Source of the DNA: a virus
Taxonomy: Duplodnaviria; Caudoviricetes
DNA length: 64,000 nucleotides
Direction: 5' to 3' (one strand)
IMG/VR virus record: IMGVR_UViG_3300005512_000006
Location: 1 to 64,000 of that record
The notes below the pieces were generated by a model. The model was not told the DNA's origin and did no database searches. It saw only the letters and a program-made list of their open reading frames with translations. The position numbers were made by a program, and so were the translations under genes. Shown piece by piece: positions 1 to 10,206 of the stretch. How positions within the stretch are numbered: position 1 is the first letter of the stretch; each line of letters opens with the position of its first letter.

Positions 1-1
1 G

Positions 2-892
2 ACTGGCACAGGTAATGACAGCAACCATGCTGTTGTTGGGCATCAGGCGTTGTATAGCAACACCACTGGGCAGTTTAATTCGGCGTTAGGACACTCGGCC
101 CTTTACTCTAACACCACCGCCTCTAATAATACTGCTGTGGGGTATCAGGCTCTTCAAGCTAACACAACAGGCATACAAAATTCCGTAGTGGGAGGCGGCG
201 CAGGTGATTCAATTACTACAGGCAATTATAACACCCTTTTTGGATATGGTGCTGGCTCTACAAATATAACTGGTAGCAGTAACACCTTTATGGGCAGACA
301 GGCTGGCTACTACGCAACAGGCAGTGATAACACCTTCATTGGTTATTACGCTGGCGGCGAAATTACCACAGGCTCCAAAAACACCATCCTTGGTTTCTAC
401 AACGGCAACGCCGGCGGCCTCGACATCCGCACTTTAAGCAACTACATCGTGCTGTCGGATGGGGATGGGAATCCGAGGTTGTGGTCGAACAACTTGGGCC
501 GAATTTTTGCCCCGGAGGTTTATACCGGCACAACGGGGGCAGCGGCAAACATGGTGGTCGCCGCAACTGGTCAATTTGAACGCTCAACTTCTTCCATTAG
601 ATATAAGCGTGACGTTCAAGACGCAGCTCACGGGCTTGCGGATGTTATGCAACTTCGTCCTGTTACTTACAAAGGCAAAGGCGAAAACGACGGCGACACG
701 GTTTATGGCGGTTTGATCGCTGAAGAAGTGCATGACGCTGGCCTGACCGAGTTTGTGCAGTACGATGCCGAAGGGCGTCCGGACGCTCTGGCCTACGGGA
801 ATATGGTGTCGCTGTGCATTGCAGCGATCAAAGACCTTAAAGTCGAACTTGACGCGGCGAAAGCCGAGATTGAAACCCTAAAAGGAGCCTAA
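2..892 (+). CDS. Tail fibre/spike C-terminal part with intramolecular chaperone (peptidase S74-like) domain; 5'-truncated by the window edge
   Basis: N-T-x-x-G beta-repeats, then SSIRYKRDV...LRPVTY...GGLIAEEV and a terminal coiled coil; frame open from position 2. Confidence 0.85.
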   Translation, partial: TGTGNDSNHAVVGHQALYSNTTGQFNSALGHSALYSNTTASNNTAVGYQALQANTTGIQNSVVGGGAGDSITTGNYNTLFGYGAGSTNITGSSNTFMGRQAGYYATGSDNTFIGYYAGGEITTGSKNTILGFYNGNAGGLDIRTLSNYIVLSDGDGNPRLWSNNLGRIFAPEVYTGTTGAAANMVVAATGQFERSTSSIRYKRDVQDAAHGLADVMQLRPVTYKGKGENDGDTVYGGLIAEEVHDAGLTEFVQYDAEGRPDALAYGNMVSLCIAAIKDLKVELDAAKAEIETLKGA

Positions 893-895
893 ACG

Positions 896-1117
896 ATGGA
901 CGACCTAACCCCCGAGCAGATCGCTCAGCACTACAGCGCCGCTATGGACAGCGTAAACCTTTTGAACGCCGGTCAACCGGAAGGCATGGATGACGCCGAC
1001 TGGGCCGACACCGTGTCCCGCAACGTCGAACACCTGAAGATCATGGTGGCAAAGGACTTCTGGACCGACGAGGACCTGACGCCCTTCAACGACGCTATCG
1101 CGGCGAATGGTGGCTAG
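896..1117 (+). CDS. Small acidic tail-fibre-associated protein
   Basis: AGGAG RBS; directly follows the fibre gene. Confidence 0.7.
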   Translation: MDDLTPEQIAQHYSAAMDSVNLLNAGQPEGMDDADWADTVSRNVEHLKIMVAKDFWTDEDLTPFNDAIAANGG

Positions 1118-1208
1118 CGTGGACAAGGACGCGACGGAAGCTGCGCTGGCGGCCAAGATTGAGGCCGACAAGAACCCGACGACGGCTGCTGGAGTGCCTT
1201 GGGAGTAA
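1107..1208 (+). pseudogene. Relic C-terminus of a fibre-associated protein (MVASVDKDATEAALAAKIEADKNPTTAAGVPWE)
   Basis: Matches the C-terminus of 56704..57012 (IDKEATETSLAAQIEEQKAPKTATGLPW). Confidence 0.7.
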
Positions 1209-1212
1209 TTAA

Positions 1213-3537
1213 ATGGCAACAAAGGTCAAACTTATTGCAGACAATGTAATTACGACAGATCAGATTGATCTGACGAGCATTTCTACAACCAACATTAGCG
1301 AAGGCGATAATTTGTACTATACGGATGCTCGTGTAGACTCACGACTCTCCTCCGGAAGTGTGGCAACGATTAGCACTTCTGGAAATGTGACTGTCGGCGG
1401 TAATTTGACCGTAAATGGTAGTACTACTACTATTAACTCAACTACTCTGACGGTAGACGATCTCAATATTGTACTGGCTTCGGGAGCGGCGGATGCTGCT
1501 GCTGCGGACGGGGCTGGAATTACCGTGGACGGTGCTTCCGCCAGCCTTACGTATTCTTCAAGCCTCGACGCTTTTGTATTCAATAAAGATGTTGATATTG
1601 ATGGTGGTACGATTGACGGAGCGGACATCACTGTCGGATCAGGAAAGACCCTGGACGTTTCGGGCGGCACCTTTACGGTTGCCAACGACCAGATTTCCGG
1701 GGACGCCATCAACGGCGGTACAGCTACGCCTACGACACTTACTTCGACCACGGTCAACGCGACCACCGTCGATACCACAAACATTGAACTGACCAACCTC
1801 AAGGCCAAGGACGGCACGGCGGCGGGTTCTATCGCTGACTCCACGGGGGTTGTAACTATCGCCTCCTCCGTCCTTACTACTACCGACATCAACGGCGGCA
1901 CCATCGACGGCGTGACCATCGGCGGGTCGAGTGCTGGAGCGGGGACTTTTACGACAGTCACGGCTAATAATGCTGAAATAGGGACTCGTGGTGCGTCTGA
2001 TGCAAATGCGTTTATTGATTTAACTGGCGATACTACTTACACCGATTTTGGCTTCCGTATTATTAGAAACAGCGGAGCAAATGGTCGAACTGACTTGCGC
2101 CATCGCGGAACCGGTAACTTTGTCATTGAGGCTGTTGAGGCAGCGGCAATTACGTTTGAAACGACTGATACTGAACGCATGCACATCGACTCCAGTGGTA
2201 ACGTCGGGATTGGCAACTCTAACCCGTCTGCGTTTAACTCATTAAGCGCTACAGATAAGCTAGTTATTGGCGACAGTACTGTTTCAAACCTTACGTTGTT
2301 TGGAACTCAGTACGGTTCTTTAGCGTTTGCTGATTCTGATACTTCTGGTTCTACGGCGCAGTACGCTGGTCTTATTCAGTATTACCACACTGATAACTCC
2401 ATGCAGTTCTACACTGGATCTACAGAACGCATGCGCATCGACTCCGGCGGTAATTTTGCTATTGCGAACGGCAACCAAACAGCAAATACTGTTTCATCAC
2501 GAGTTATGTTTGGTAACAAAGGATACTTTACCTCGTCTGACATAGGGCGCGCAGAAATTTGTGGTGTGTCAGAGGGCTCTCTTTGGTACAACGGGACTGC
2601 TTTATCCTTCCTTACAAACCCTGGTCCAGATGTTACATCTCGTGGCCCTGATGAGCGCATGCGCATCACCTCGGCAGGTAACGTCGGGATTGGGACGAGT
2701 TCGCCGGGGGCGAAGTTAGACGTTAATGGTGAAGTGTTTATATCGCCCAACACGGCGGGTAAAAATACATTCCAACTGACGACAAATGCTTCAAACGACG
2801 CAAGATTGAAGATGTTGTCAGACACAACCCAGACGGTTGATATACAAGCAAACGGCGATAGTTACTTTAACGGCGGCAACGTCGGGATTGGGACGAGTTC
2901 GCCCGGAGCAAAGTTAGACGTTCGCGGCTCTGCGGTGTTCAACGAAGACAGTGGGGATAACGACTTCCGCGTCGAGTCTGACGGCAATACTCATGCGCTG
3001 TTTGTTAATGCGGGTGCAAACAATGTTTCAATAGGTACCTCTACGGCAGGACCTTCCTCTGGTCTTTATGTTGAAGGAACAACAAATCTTAAAGGTGGTA
3101 TTGCTTCTAACACTTTAATTGCTGGATATGTGGCTACAAATTACACCGGAACTCGATACTGGATACTACATAAAATTCAAGATAATGGTACTACTGCAGC
3201 TACAGCTTGGAATTGTATAGGATATGTACATGCTTCCTCATACACAACTTGGAATGTGAGTGAGGTATTAATTCGCCGTGATTATGCAAGCACCACCGTG
3301 ACTGCAACGATTACTGGTAAGATAAAAAGTGGTGTGGACGTTTCCGTTGTAGACGTTTCACTTTCTTCCGATAATTGTCGGTATATAGCAATTAAATTTA
3401 CTGGGGGGGACCCTGGTATCGAAGCTAACTTAGTTGGATACAACATGAACGCAGAATACTTAAATAATGGTAGCACAGCCAGGTTTGTTACTGGTACTAC
3501 CGGTGTTACTGAAAATAGTGTTATTGCAACATACTAA
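1213..3537 (+). CDS. Long tail fibre protein
   Basis: Thr/Gly/Ser-rich; EGDNLYYTDARV motif; repeated ERMRIxSxGNVGIG modules. Confidence 0.85.
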   Translation: MATKVKLIADNVITTDQIDLTSISTTNISEGDNLYYTDARVDSRLSSGSVATISTSGNVTVGGNLTVNGSTTTINSTTLTVDDLNIVLASGAADAAAADGAGITVDGASASLTYSSSLDAFVFNKDVDIDGGTIDGADITVGSGKTLDVSGGTFTVANDQISGDAINGGTATPTTLTSTTVNATTVDTTNIELTNLKAKDGTAAGSIADSTGVVTIASSVLTTTDINGGTIDGVTIGGSSAGAGTFTTVTANNAEIGTRGASDANAFIDLTGDTTYTDFGFRIIRNSGANGRTDLRHRGTGNFVIEAVEAAAITFETTDTERMHIDSSGNVGIGNSNPSAFNSLSATDKLVIGDSTVSNLTLFGTQYGSLAFADSDTSGSTAQYAGLIQYYHTDNSMQFYTGSTERMRIDSGGNFAIANGNQTANTVSSRVMFGNKGYFTSSDIGRAEICGVSEGSLWYNGTALSFLTNPGPDVTSRGPDERMRITSAGNVGIGTSSPGAKLDVNGEVFISPNTAGKNTFQLTTNASNDARLKMLSDTTQTVDIQANGDSYFNGGNVGIGTSSPGAKLDVRGSAVFNEDSGDNDFRVESDGNTHALFVNAGANNVSIGTSTAGPSSGLYVEGTTNLKGGIASNTLIAGYVATNYTGTRYWILHKIQDNGTTAATAWNCIGYVHASSYTTWNVSEVLIRRDYASTTVTATITGKIKSGVDVSVVDVSLSSDNCRYIAIKFTGGDPGIEANLVGYNMNAEYLNNGSTARFVTGTTGVTENSVIATY

Positions 3538-3563
3538 CCTAGCCAAGAAAAGGAGAAACTAAA

Positions 3564-3911
3564 ATGACAATTAACACAACTTGGACCATCAACAACATGA
3601 CCCACAAGGACGCTGACGGCGGGGTTATCCTCGTCTACTGGTCCTGCGTGGCCTCTGACGGCACCTACTCGGCTACCGAGGGCGGCAAGCTACGCTGTGA
3701 AGCGGATCCGACTAGCCCAGACTATATCCCCTACGCCGACCTCACTCAGGACGACGTTCTGGGCTGGGTCTACAACAGCCTTGTCGAAGGCGAGGAAACC
3801 CCCGAGGAGGCTAAGGCCCGGATCGAAGCTGACCGCACGGCTAAGGTGCAGAAGCAAATCGACCGCGCCAACAGCGAGTCTTCTGGGATGCCTTGGGTGG
3901 CAAATGCGTAG
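3564..3911 (+). CDS. Tail-fibre-associated protein (GxPW C-terminus family)
   Basis: AAGGAG RBS; homologous to 56704..57012. Confidence 0.75.
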   Translation: MTINTTWTINNMTHKDADGGVILVYWSCVASDGTYSATEGGKLRCEADPTSPDYIPYADLTQDDVLGWVYNSLVEGEETPEEAKARIEADRTAKVQKQIDRANSESSGMPWVANA

Positions 3912-3954
3912 CGTGGACAAGCACCCGACGGCGGGAGTGCCGTGGTAGTAAGCA

Positions 3955-3990
3955 ATAAAAAAGGGGCCCTAGTGGCCCCTTTTCTTTATT
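3955..3990. terminator. Bidirectional intrinsic terminator
   Basis: aaaaaggggcc-ctagt-ggcccctttt between convergent transcription units. Confidence 0.85.
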
Positions 3991-4207
3991 CTGCTTCTTC
4001 GGCAGGTTTTTCGAGTTCTTTTCGTAGCAACTCCGTAAAGCCCCCACGAGCAACTTCAATCTGATCAAGGCGAGCACGCGTTGCGCGTCCTTGCTGCTCC
4101 AGATCTTGAAGCTGACCAACAATATACTTTGCTTGGTCAGACAGATCTTCAATTACATAGTTCTTGTCATCAAAGACGAGAGTCGGTTTTTCTTGTACTT
4201 CACTCAT
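3986..4207 (-). CDS. Small coiled-coil hypothetical protein
   Basis: Overlaps the nrdB stop; plausible composition. Confidence 0.7.
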   Translation of the reverse strand: MSEVQEKPTLVFDDKNYVIEDLSDQAKYIVGQLQDLEQQGRATRARLDQIEVARGGFTELLRKELEKPAEEAE

Positions 4208-5157
4208 TTAAATACATCTCCCCAGTTACCTTCTGTGGTTGAGCGAGCATATTCGGTCGCTCGGTTTTCAAAAAAGTTAGTGTGTTCAACTGCACGCAAC
4301 ATAATATCCATCCAGGGCAAAGGATTTTCGGTTGTCTTGAAAATACCCTTAAACCCCATTCCTTGTAAACGACGGTCTGCAATATAACGAATATACTCCT
4401 TTACGTCGTTCGGTGTAAGACCCGGCACTTCACACGTTCCAAAGGCCGCATCAATAAAAGCATCTTCTAGCTCAATTACTCGTTCTGCTGCACAGTAGAC
4501 TTCGTATTTCAGGCGGTCGTCCCAAATTTCGGGATTCTCTTTTACAAACTCCCGAAAGACTCGGGACATGCCCTCCACATGAAGATCTTCGTCACGAACA
4601 GACCAAGTAACGAGCTGGCCCGTGCCTTTCATCAGTCCATGACGAGGATAGTTCATCAGAATCGCAAAAGAGCTGAAGAGCTGTACTCCCTCCCCTAGAC
4701 CAGAATTGATAGCAATTGTTTTTGCAATTTCACGAGGAGTGTCAACTGAGAGCTTTGACATAAACTCATGTTTTGCTTGCATTGCTTCAATTTGGCTAAA
4801 CATCTGATACTCAGAATCATCAAATCCCAACGTATCAAGAAGCAAAGAATATGCTTGCATATGTACTGCTTCCATTGCAGCAAACGAGCTCATCATCATT
4901 CTTACTTCCGGCGGCTTGATGGTCGGAAGGTAGTAATTGCAGTATGCTCCTGCTACATCTGTGTCCGCCTGAGTAAAGAAGCGCAGAATCTGAGTCAGCA
5001 ACTTACGGCTATCGTCATCCATCTTGCGATAATCGGCTACATCTTCATGAAGCGGGACTTCGTCCGGAAGCCAGTGAGACTGTTGTTGCTTTTTATAATA
5101 CTCGAATGCCCAAGGATAATCAAAAGGCTTATAGTATTCTCTACCCTTCGTTAGCAT
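4204..5157 (-). CDS. nrdB: Ribonucleotide reductase class I beta subunit
   Basis: FFTQADTDV, EAVHMQAY (radical Tyr), EGVQLFSSF, RDEDLH, NFFENRATEY. Confidence 0.95.
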   Translation of the reverse strand: MLTKGREYYKPFDYPWAFEYYKKQQQSHWLPDEVPLHEDVADYRKMDDDSRKLLTQILRFFTQADTDVAGAYCNYYLPTIKPPEVRMMMSSFAAMEAVHMQAYSLLLDTLGFDDSEYQMFSQIEAMQAKHEFMSKLSVDTPREIAKTIAINSGLGEGVQLFSSFAILMNYPRHGLMKGTGQLVTWSVRDEDLHVEGMSRVFREFVKENPEIWDDRLKYEVYCAAERVIELEDAFIDAAFGTCEVPGLTPNDVKEYIRYIADRRLQGMGFKGIFKTTENPLPWMDIMLRAVEHTNFFENRATEYARSTTEGNWGDVFK

Positions 5158-5359
5158 TAATTTCTCCGTAGTAACCTTCTCTTGTTTTCATGTCATACCA
5201 GGCAATTGGCTTCTCCTCTTCGTTATGGTAGACGAGCTTCGGGTATGCCCAGGCAACATATGAAAACCAATTAAACTTTTGAAACTTTTCTATTTCGCCT
5301 TTCCAGTTTGGCGGGTTTGCTATAAACTTTTCTACTTCACTAGTTACTAGCCTTGACAC
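5141..5359 (-). CDS. Hypothetical protein between nrdA and nrdB
   Basis: ORF overlaps both neighbours. Confidence 0.6.
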   Translation of the reverse strand: MSRLVTSEVEKFIANPPNWKGEIEKFQKFNWFSYVAWAYPKLVYHNEEEKPIAWYDMKTREGYYGEINANEG

Positions 5360-7113
5360 GCAAAACAGTCCTCACCTTCGTCGGCCAGAATTCTTTCTCG
5401 AATTGCACTGACGTTGACGGAAGCCGAGCGATGAATCGCTTCACTTCTTAAATAATACAGAGTCTTTAGCTTTCGCTTCCATGCGAGTAGATGCAGCATA
5501 TGCAACTCTGCTTTTGTAACGTTTGCTGGAACAAACATATTCAGCGATTGAGATTGGCAAATAAACTCTTGACGCATCGCAGCATGTTCGATTACCCACT
5601 CTTGATTGATCTCAGGAGCTGTTTTAAATACGTCTTTTGTCCACTCATCAAGAAAATCTAGATGCTGTACAGAACCCTTATTGATAACAATACTGTTCCA
5701 AACATCATCGTTATCCATATTCAGCTCTTGAAGTGCGTGCTGAAGATATTCGTTCTTTACGAGCGACGTTCCGCTTTTTGTTTTTTGCGTGTAAGCATTT
5801 GCACGATACGGTTCGATACCCGGCGAAGTGTTACCGCAGATAATCGAAGAAGATGCATTAGGGGCGATAGCCAAGAGGTGAGCGTTACGAATACGCCTTT
5901 CACCTGCATCCGGACATGGTCCGCGCTCATCTGCAAGTTGCGCACTTGCCTCCACAGCTTGCTTTTTAATGTGTCGAAACATACGATAATTTGCACTGGA
6001 TGCAAGTCCGCTTTCAAACGGAATATTATGTCTTTGAAGGTACGCATGGAATCCCATAGCTCCTAAACCGATACTACGCTCTCGCATAGCTGAATATCGG
6101 GCTTTTTCAAGTTCATCAGGAGCATTTTGAATAAAGTGCTCCAGAACATTATCCAACATACGAATGAGATCAGGAATAAAAAGAGGATCATCTTCCCACT
6201 GATCAAATTCTTCCAGATTTACACTAGAGAGGCAGCAAACTGCTGTTCTCTCGGGGCTTGTAGCAAGCGTGATCTCGCTGCACAAATTGGAGTGATGCAC
6301 ATCCAGTCGGAGTTCTTTTTGATAGTCCGGAAGCCCCGCCTTGACTGCATCTTCAAACATAACATAAGGCTCTCCAGTTTCCATACGGTTCTGAAGAAGT
6401 TTCACCCAGAGAGTCTTTGCAGATACAGTTTTTGTTACTTTCTTTGTATGAGGGTCAATAAGAGACCAAGTGTCATCAAACCCTTCTTCTCGGGTTGCTC
6501 CTTCGATAAGTTCCATAAACTCATTCGGAATGACGACAGCATTATGAAGATTCAGAGCTTTTCGATTGGGATCACCGCCTGTAGGCTTGCGAACATCGAG
6601 AAACTCTTCAATCTCGGGATGACTCATATGTAGATAAGCCGCGTATGAACCCCGCCGTGTGATTCCCTGAGAGAAGGCAAGCATTTCTGCATCGACTACT
6701 TTCATAAAAGGAATTACACCAGTGCTCTCAGAGCCCTTGCTCGTAGCTGTACCAGCAGAACGAAGTGCGCTCCAGGAGCCTCCAATACCACCGCCTACGC
6801 TCGAAAGAAAAGCATTCTCAACATAGTGGTCAGTGATACCTTTACGACTATCAGGAACATAGTTCAAAAAACAACTAATCGGCAAGCCGCGGTCTGTACC
6901 ACCGTTCGACAGAACGGGAGTGGCAAACATAAACCAAAGCTGGCTTGCGTAGTTATAAAGACGCTGTGCATGAGCATCATCATCCGCGAAAGCCTTTGCC
7001 GCCCTGGCAAACGCATCCTGCGGGCTTTTTTCTCCGGGAACCATGTATCTGTCTTGTAGAGTTTTAATGCCAAACTCAGACAGATAACGGTCTCTACGGT
7101 AATCAATTTTCAT
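5347..7113 (-). CDS. nrdA: Ribonucleotide reductase class I alpha subunit (short, no N-terminal ATP cone)
   Basis: PISCF, SNLCSE, AIAPNASSS, TLYYLRS, C-terminal CFAC. Confidence 0.95.
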   Translation of the reverse strand: MKIDYRRDRYLSEFGIKTLQDRYMVPGEKSPQDAFARAAKAFADDDAHAQRLYNYASQLWFMFATPVLSNGGTDRGLPISCFLNYVPDSRKGITDHYVENAFLSSVGGGIGGSWSALRSAGTATSKGSESTGVIPFMKVVDAEMLAFSQGITRRGSYAAYLHMSHPEIEEFLDVRKPTGGDPNRKALNLHNAVVIPNEFMELIEGATREEGFDDTWSLIDPHTKKVTKTVSAKTLWVKLLQNRMETGEPYVMFEDAVKAGLPDYQKELRLDVHHSNLCSEITLATSPERTAVCCLSSVNLEEFDQWEDDPLFIPDLIRMLDNVLEHFIQNAPDELEKARYSAMRERSIGLGAMGFHAYLQRHNIPFESGLASSANYRMFRHIKKQAVEASAQLADERGPCPDAGERRIRNAHLLAIAPNASSSIICGNTSPGIEPYRANAYTQKTKSGTSLVKNEYLQHALQELNMDNDDVWNSIVINKGSVQHLDFLDEWTKDVFKTAPEINQEWVIEHAAMRQEFICQSQSLNMFVPANVTKAELHMLHLLAWKRKLKTLYYLRSEAIHRSASVNVSAIRERILADEGEDCFACQG

Positions 7114-7957
7114 TCATATACTCCAACATAGTTTCAGAGATATATTCTGCATTCTCCGAACCCACTGCGTCTTCGCAGTATGTAAGTAGGTCCATTAGCT
7201 CAACATTTGTAAGTAGCTGATCGGCGTTTTCATTGAGTGCCTGTATGTATTTGTACTTTCCGGGTAGTGGACACATAGCATGAATATCAAAAACATCGCC
7301 GAAAGTATCAATGATACTGGAAGCACGTTTAGGGCCAATCCCAGGAATGCCCGGTACGTTATCTCCCTTATCGCCAGTAAGGCATTTGAAAGTGAGATAC
7401 ATATCCGGTTCAAAGTCATAAAACTCTTCCCAATTGTCAAGCGTTGTTTCTTTTCGTGTTACATAAGAGAATCGAGAAACGTCTGCATCCACTAGCAGAT
7501 CCCAATCTCGGTCACTCGAGATCAACCATACTTCCTCGATTCCAAACTTTTTACGGTGCCTCGTGATATAGGCAGCAATGTCATCGGCCTCTACGCCTCG
7601 AAAACGATAGACGGGAAACCCTTCTTTTTTGAAACCTTCAAGAGTAACTTCATACTCTCGAAAGAAGGCTTCAAACTCTGCTTTTTCTTCTTCTGTCTGT
7701 TGATCACGAAGCTCTTTACGATTCATCTTGTACTCGGGGTCGATTGCTCGTCGAAACGAGCTATTACCCCAATCTGCTGCGATAACAATTTTACCACAGT
7801 CATAGGACTTTGCAAGAGACTTTACAGTACGAATATATTCGTGTTCAAAGTCAGTTACACCTTGGTGCTTCCAGCGAAACCCTAAGTTCATCGAATCTAC
7901 GATAAGAACTTTTGTAGGGTCTCGATCTTCTACTAGGCTGGCGAATGCTTTAGCCAC
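7103..7957 (-). CDS. 5'-3' flap endonuclease, T5 D15-like
   Basis: GVEADD, SSDRDWD, GDKGDNVPGIPGIGPKRA. Confidence 0.92.
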   Translation of the reverse strand: MAKAFASLVEDRDPTKVLIVDSMNLGFRWKHQGVTDFEHEYIRTVKSLAKSYDCGKIVIAADWGNSSFRRAIDPEYKMNRKELRDQQTEEEKAEFEAFFREYEVTLEGFKKEGFPVYRFRGVEADDIAAYITRHRKKFGIEEVWLISSDRDWDLLVDADVSRFSYVTRKETTLDNWEEFYDFEPDMYLTFKCLTGDKGDNVPGIPGIGPKRASSIIDTFGDVFDIHAMCPLPGKYKYIQALNENADQLLTNVELMDLLTYCEDAVGSENAEYISETMLEYMNEN

Positions 7958-7972
7958 CTTCAGCCTCCTTGT

Positions 7973-8413
7973 TTAACCTTTTAACCAAATTATGGTTTCT
8001 GACTCTAACCATTCCTTTGCCAACATAGTATAGCAATTAAGAGACGAAATGTAAAGAAAATTATTTACCTTTTCTGGTTCTATCTCAGTGCAGACAAATA
8101 CTTGAGAGCGATTATACTTAAAAAACAATAAGGGCTCTTGTCCGCCATTTCGAGCTTGTTCGTCTAACTTGGTCCACCAGCGAATAAGATTGTTAGATTT
8201 GTTTGTAAAAATTTTATCTGTTAGGGGTGACTCAGCATAGTTCTTTACTTCGATACAAAAGCGGTTTTGCTCTCCGGGAACATAAATATCTCCCTTTAAA
8301 TATGAAAGAGCCCCCGAAGCGGGGACTCTCTCAAACTGCAAACCAGATGCTTCTCGAAGTAGGTCTCTTACTAAATATTCACCTCGACTACCTTTTGCTC
8401 TTGAATCTACCAT
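7973..8413 (-). CDS. Holliday-junction resolvase-like protein, T5 D14-like
   Basis: SRAKGSRGE, GDI, IEVK PD-(D/E)xK motif; T5 synteny. Confidence 0.85.
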   Translation of the reverse strand: MVDSRAKGSRGEYLVRDLLREASGLQFERVPASGALSYLKGDIYVPGEQNRFCIEVKNYAESPLTDKIFTNKSNNLIRWWTKLDEQARNGGQEPLLFFKYNRSQVFVCTEIEPEKVNNFLYISSLNCYTMLAKEWLESETIIWLKG

Positions 8414-10206
8414 TCTAACCTACTTTGATTGTCGTCTTTGACAACTTGAACTTTTGTGAGAAGAGGATGACTCCACTGGTGACTTACTAGATAAGTATTT
8501 AGAAACTCTTCTTTCAAAAGAACTTCTACTATCTTTTCTCGGCCTTGTTCATCCAAAACATTAATCACTTCGTCAAGAAAAAGAACGTTGATTTGTGACT
8601 TTGAAATACTACTCATAAGTTTGCGAATTGCAATCAGTGTAGCAGTATTTACTCTTGCTAGCTCTCCGCTAGAAAGAACACTAATGTCAACTTCTTTTCC
8701 ATTGTCAGTAATATTTACATTGAGCTTGTCGTTTGAAACTGCAAACTCGAGAGTAAATCTGCCATCAGAAAGCTCTGCCAAATACGTGTTTGTTAGCTCT
8801 TCCAGTTCTTTTACAAGATTCTCGATTTTATAGGCTAACAAGCCGTTCGTAGAGAATGCTTTCTTGAGAAGCTCCAGATGCATTGCTGTAGTTTCTACAC
8901 TCTCTAATTCTGACTGTGCTTTATTTAACTGACTCACAAACTCATCGGTCTGCTCTTGAATGACGGAAATACGAGTATTTAGCCTTTCTCGCTTTTGATT
9001 TTCGTCAATCAACTTTTTCAGTTTACTGCGAGCTTCTGTAATGTTTTGCTGAAGAGTGTCGTACTCCTCTTGTAGCTCGTCTGCATTGTAGAGTTCTATA
9101 GGCAGCGCGTGATCAATTGCAGAATACAGCTTTTCAAACTCGCTCTCTAGCTTTCTTTTCTTCTCAAAGAGTTCGTTATTTTCTTTAATCTCTTCTACAC
9201 GAGCGTAAATCTCTTTTGCCTGCTCTGTAAGTTGTGCAATTTTAGACTCTTGCTCTGAGACAATGTTCGACTTGAATTCTTCGTCGATTTCTTGTCCACA
9301 AGTGTAGCATTGATTACCTAGTTTCTTTGTTTTTTCAAGAACAGTTTCCGCAGCTTTTTTCTCTGCTCGAATCGCTCCAAGCTGGCTGGTTTCTTTCTCA
9401 TGAGATTGATACTCTGTAGCAGGTATCTTTGAAATCTCAGAGAAATTTAACTTAGAAAGCTGATCTTTATAGTGATTATTTCTCGAAATTATTTTATTGT
9501 TTTTGGAAATATTTTCAATTTTAGTCGAAAGACTACCGAGTAACTTCTCGTCTTCTTCCGTGTCGATAGAAATTTCGAGCAGAGGCTGTACCTCTGTAGT
9601 GCTCAATTTATTATCGTTTAACCACTTTTCAATGGTATTAATTTGCGAAGTCAAGCTAGTGACTTCGATGTTTACGTCTTTTGCCAGCTTTTTAAATACT
9701 TCAAAGTATTCAACATATTCTTCTAAGTTTAACAAATCAATCAGAAACTTTTTTCTATTTGTATCTGTTGCCGTTAGAAATTGAAGACTCGAGTTCGTAT
9801 TTTGATACACTAGCTGACTGAAAGTTTTGAAGTCAATACCAAGAACTTCTTGAATCGACTTGTAAGTATTTGTAGCTGTATGGGAAGAAATATCTTCTCC
9901 ATTCTTTAGAAACTTAACTTTAAGCGACGTCTTGCGATTTAAGTCAATTTCATACTCATCAGTATCTTTTGTAAAAGTTAGGTTAATTTTGTAACCTGCA
10001 TCTACATAGCGGTTTGGAACGTCTGCTTTCTTTACACCTTTTGAGTTTTTATTGTAAAGAACTTCTTCTAGTATAAGAGGAATTGACGACTTTCCAACAC
10101 CGTTTGTACCAACAATTTGAGTCAGTCCGCTCTCTTGAAGGTCCAGAACATTCTCTGGACCGTAAGAAAAGCAATTACTCCACGTTAACTTGTTTAGCGT
10201 AATCAC
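8407..10206 (-). CDS. SbcC/Rad50-like recombination ATPase, T5 D13-like
   Basis: Walker A GTNGVGKS, CYTC zinc hook, LSSGE signature, LFLDE; GTG start at 10206 after GGAG. Confidence 0.92.
   Translation of the reverse strand: MITLNKLTWSNCFSYGPENVLDLQESGLTQIVGTNGVGKSSIPLILEEVLYNKNSKGVKKADVPNRYVDAGYKINLTFTKDTDEYEIDLNRKTSLKVKFLKNGEDISSHTATNTYKSIQEVLGIDFKTFSQLVYQNTNSSLQFLTATDTNRKKFLIDLLNLEEYVEYFEVFKKLAKDVNIEVTSLTSQINTIEKWLNDNKLSTTEVQPLLEISIDTEEDEKLLGSLSTKIENISKNNKIISRNNHYKDQLSKLNFSEISKIPATEYQSHEKETSQLGAIRAEKKAAETVLEKTKKLGNQCYTCGQEIDEEFKSNIVSEQESKIAQLTEQAKEIYARVEEIKENNELFEKKRKLESEFEKLYSAIDHALPIELYNADELQEEYDTLQQNITEARSKLKKLIDENQKRERLNTRISVIQEQTDEFVSQLNKAQSELESVETTAMHLELLKKAFSTNGLLAYKIENLVKELEELTNTYLAELSDGRFTLEFAVSNDKLNVNITDNGKEVDISVLSSGELARVNTATLIAIRKLMSSISKSQINVLFLDEVINVLDEQGREKIVEVLLKEEFLNTYLVSHQWSHPLLTKVQVVKDDNQSRLEW

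Noticed and set aside
1213-3537. Diversity-generating retroelement or invertible fibre switch
   Set aside because: No reverse transcriptase or invertase; repeats are direct and mismatches are not adenine-specific
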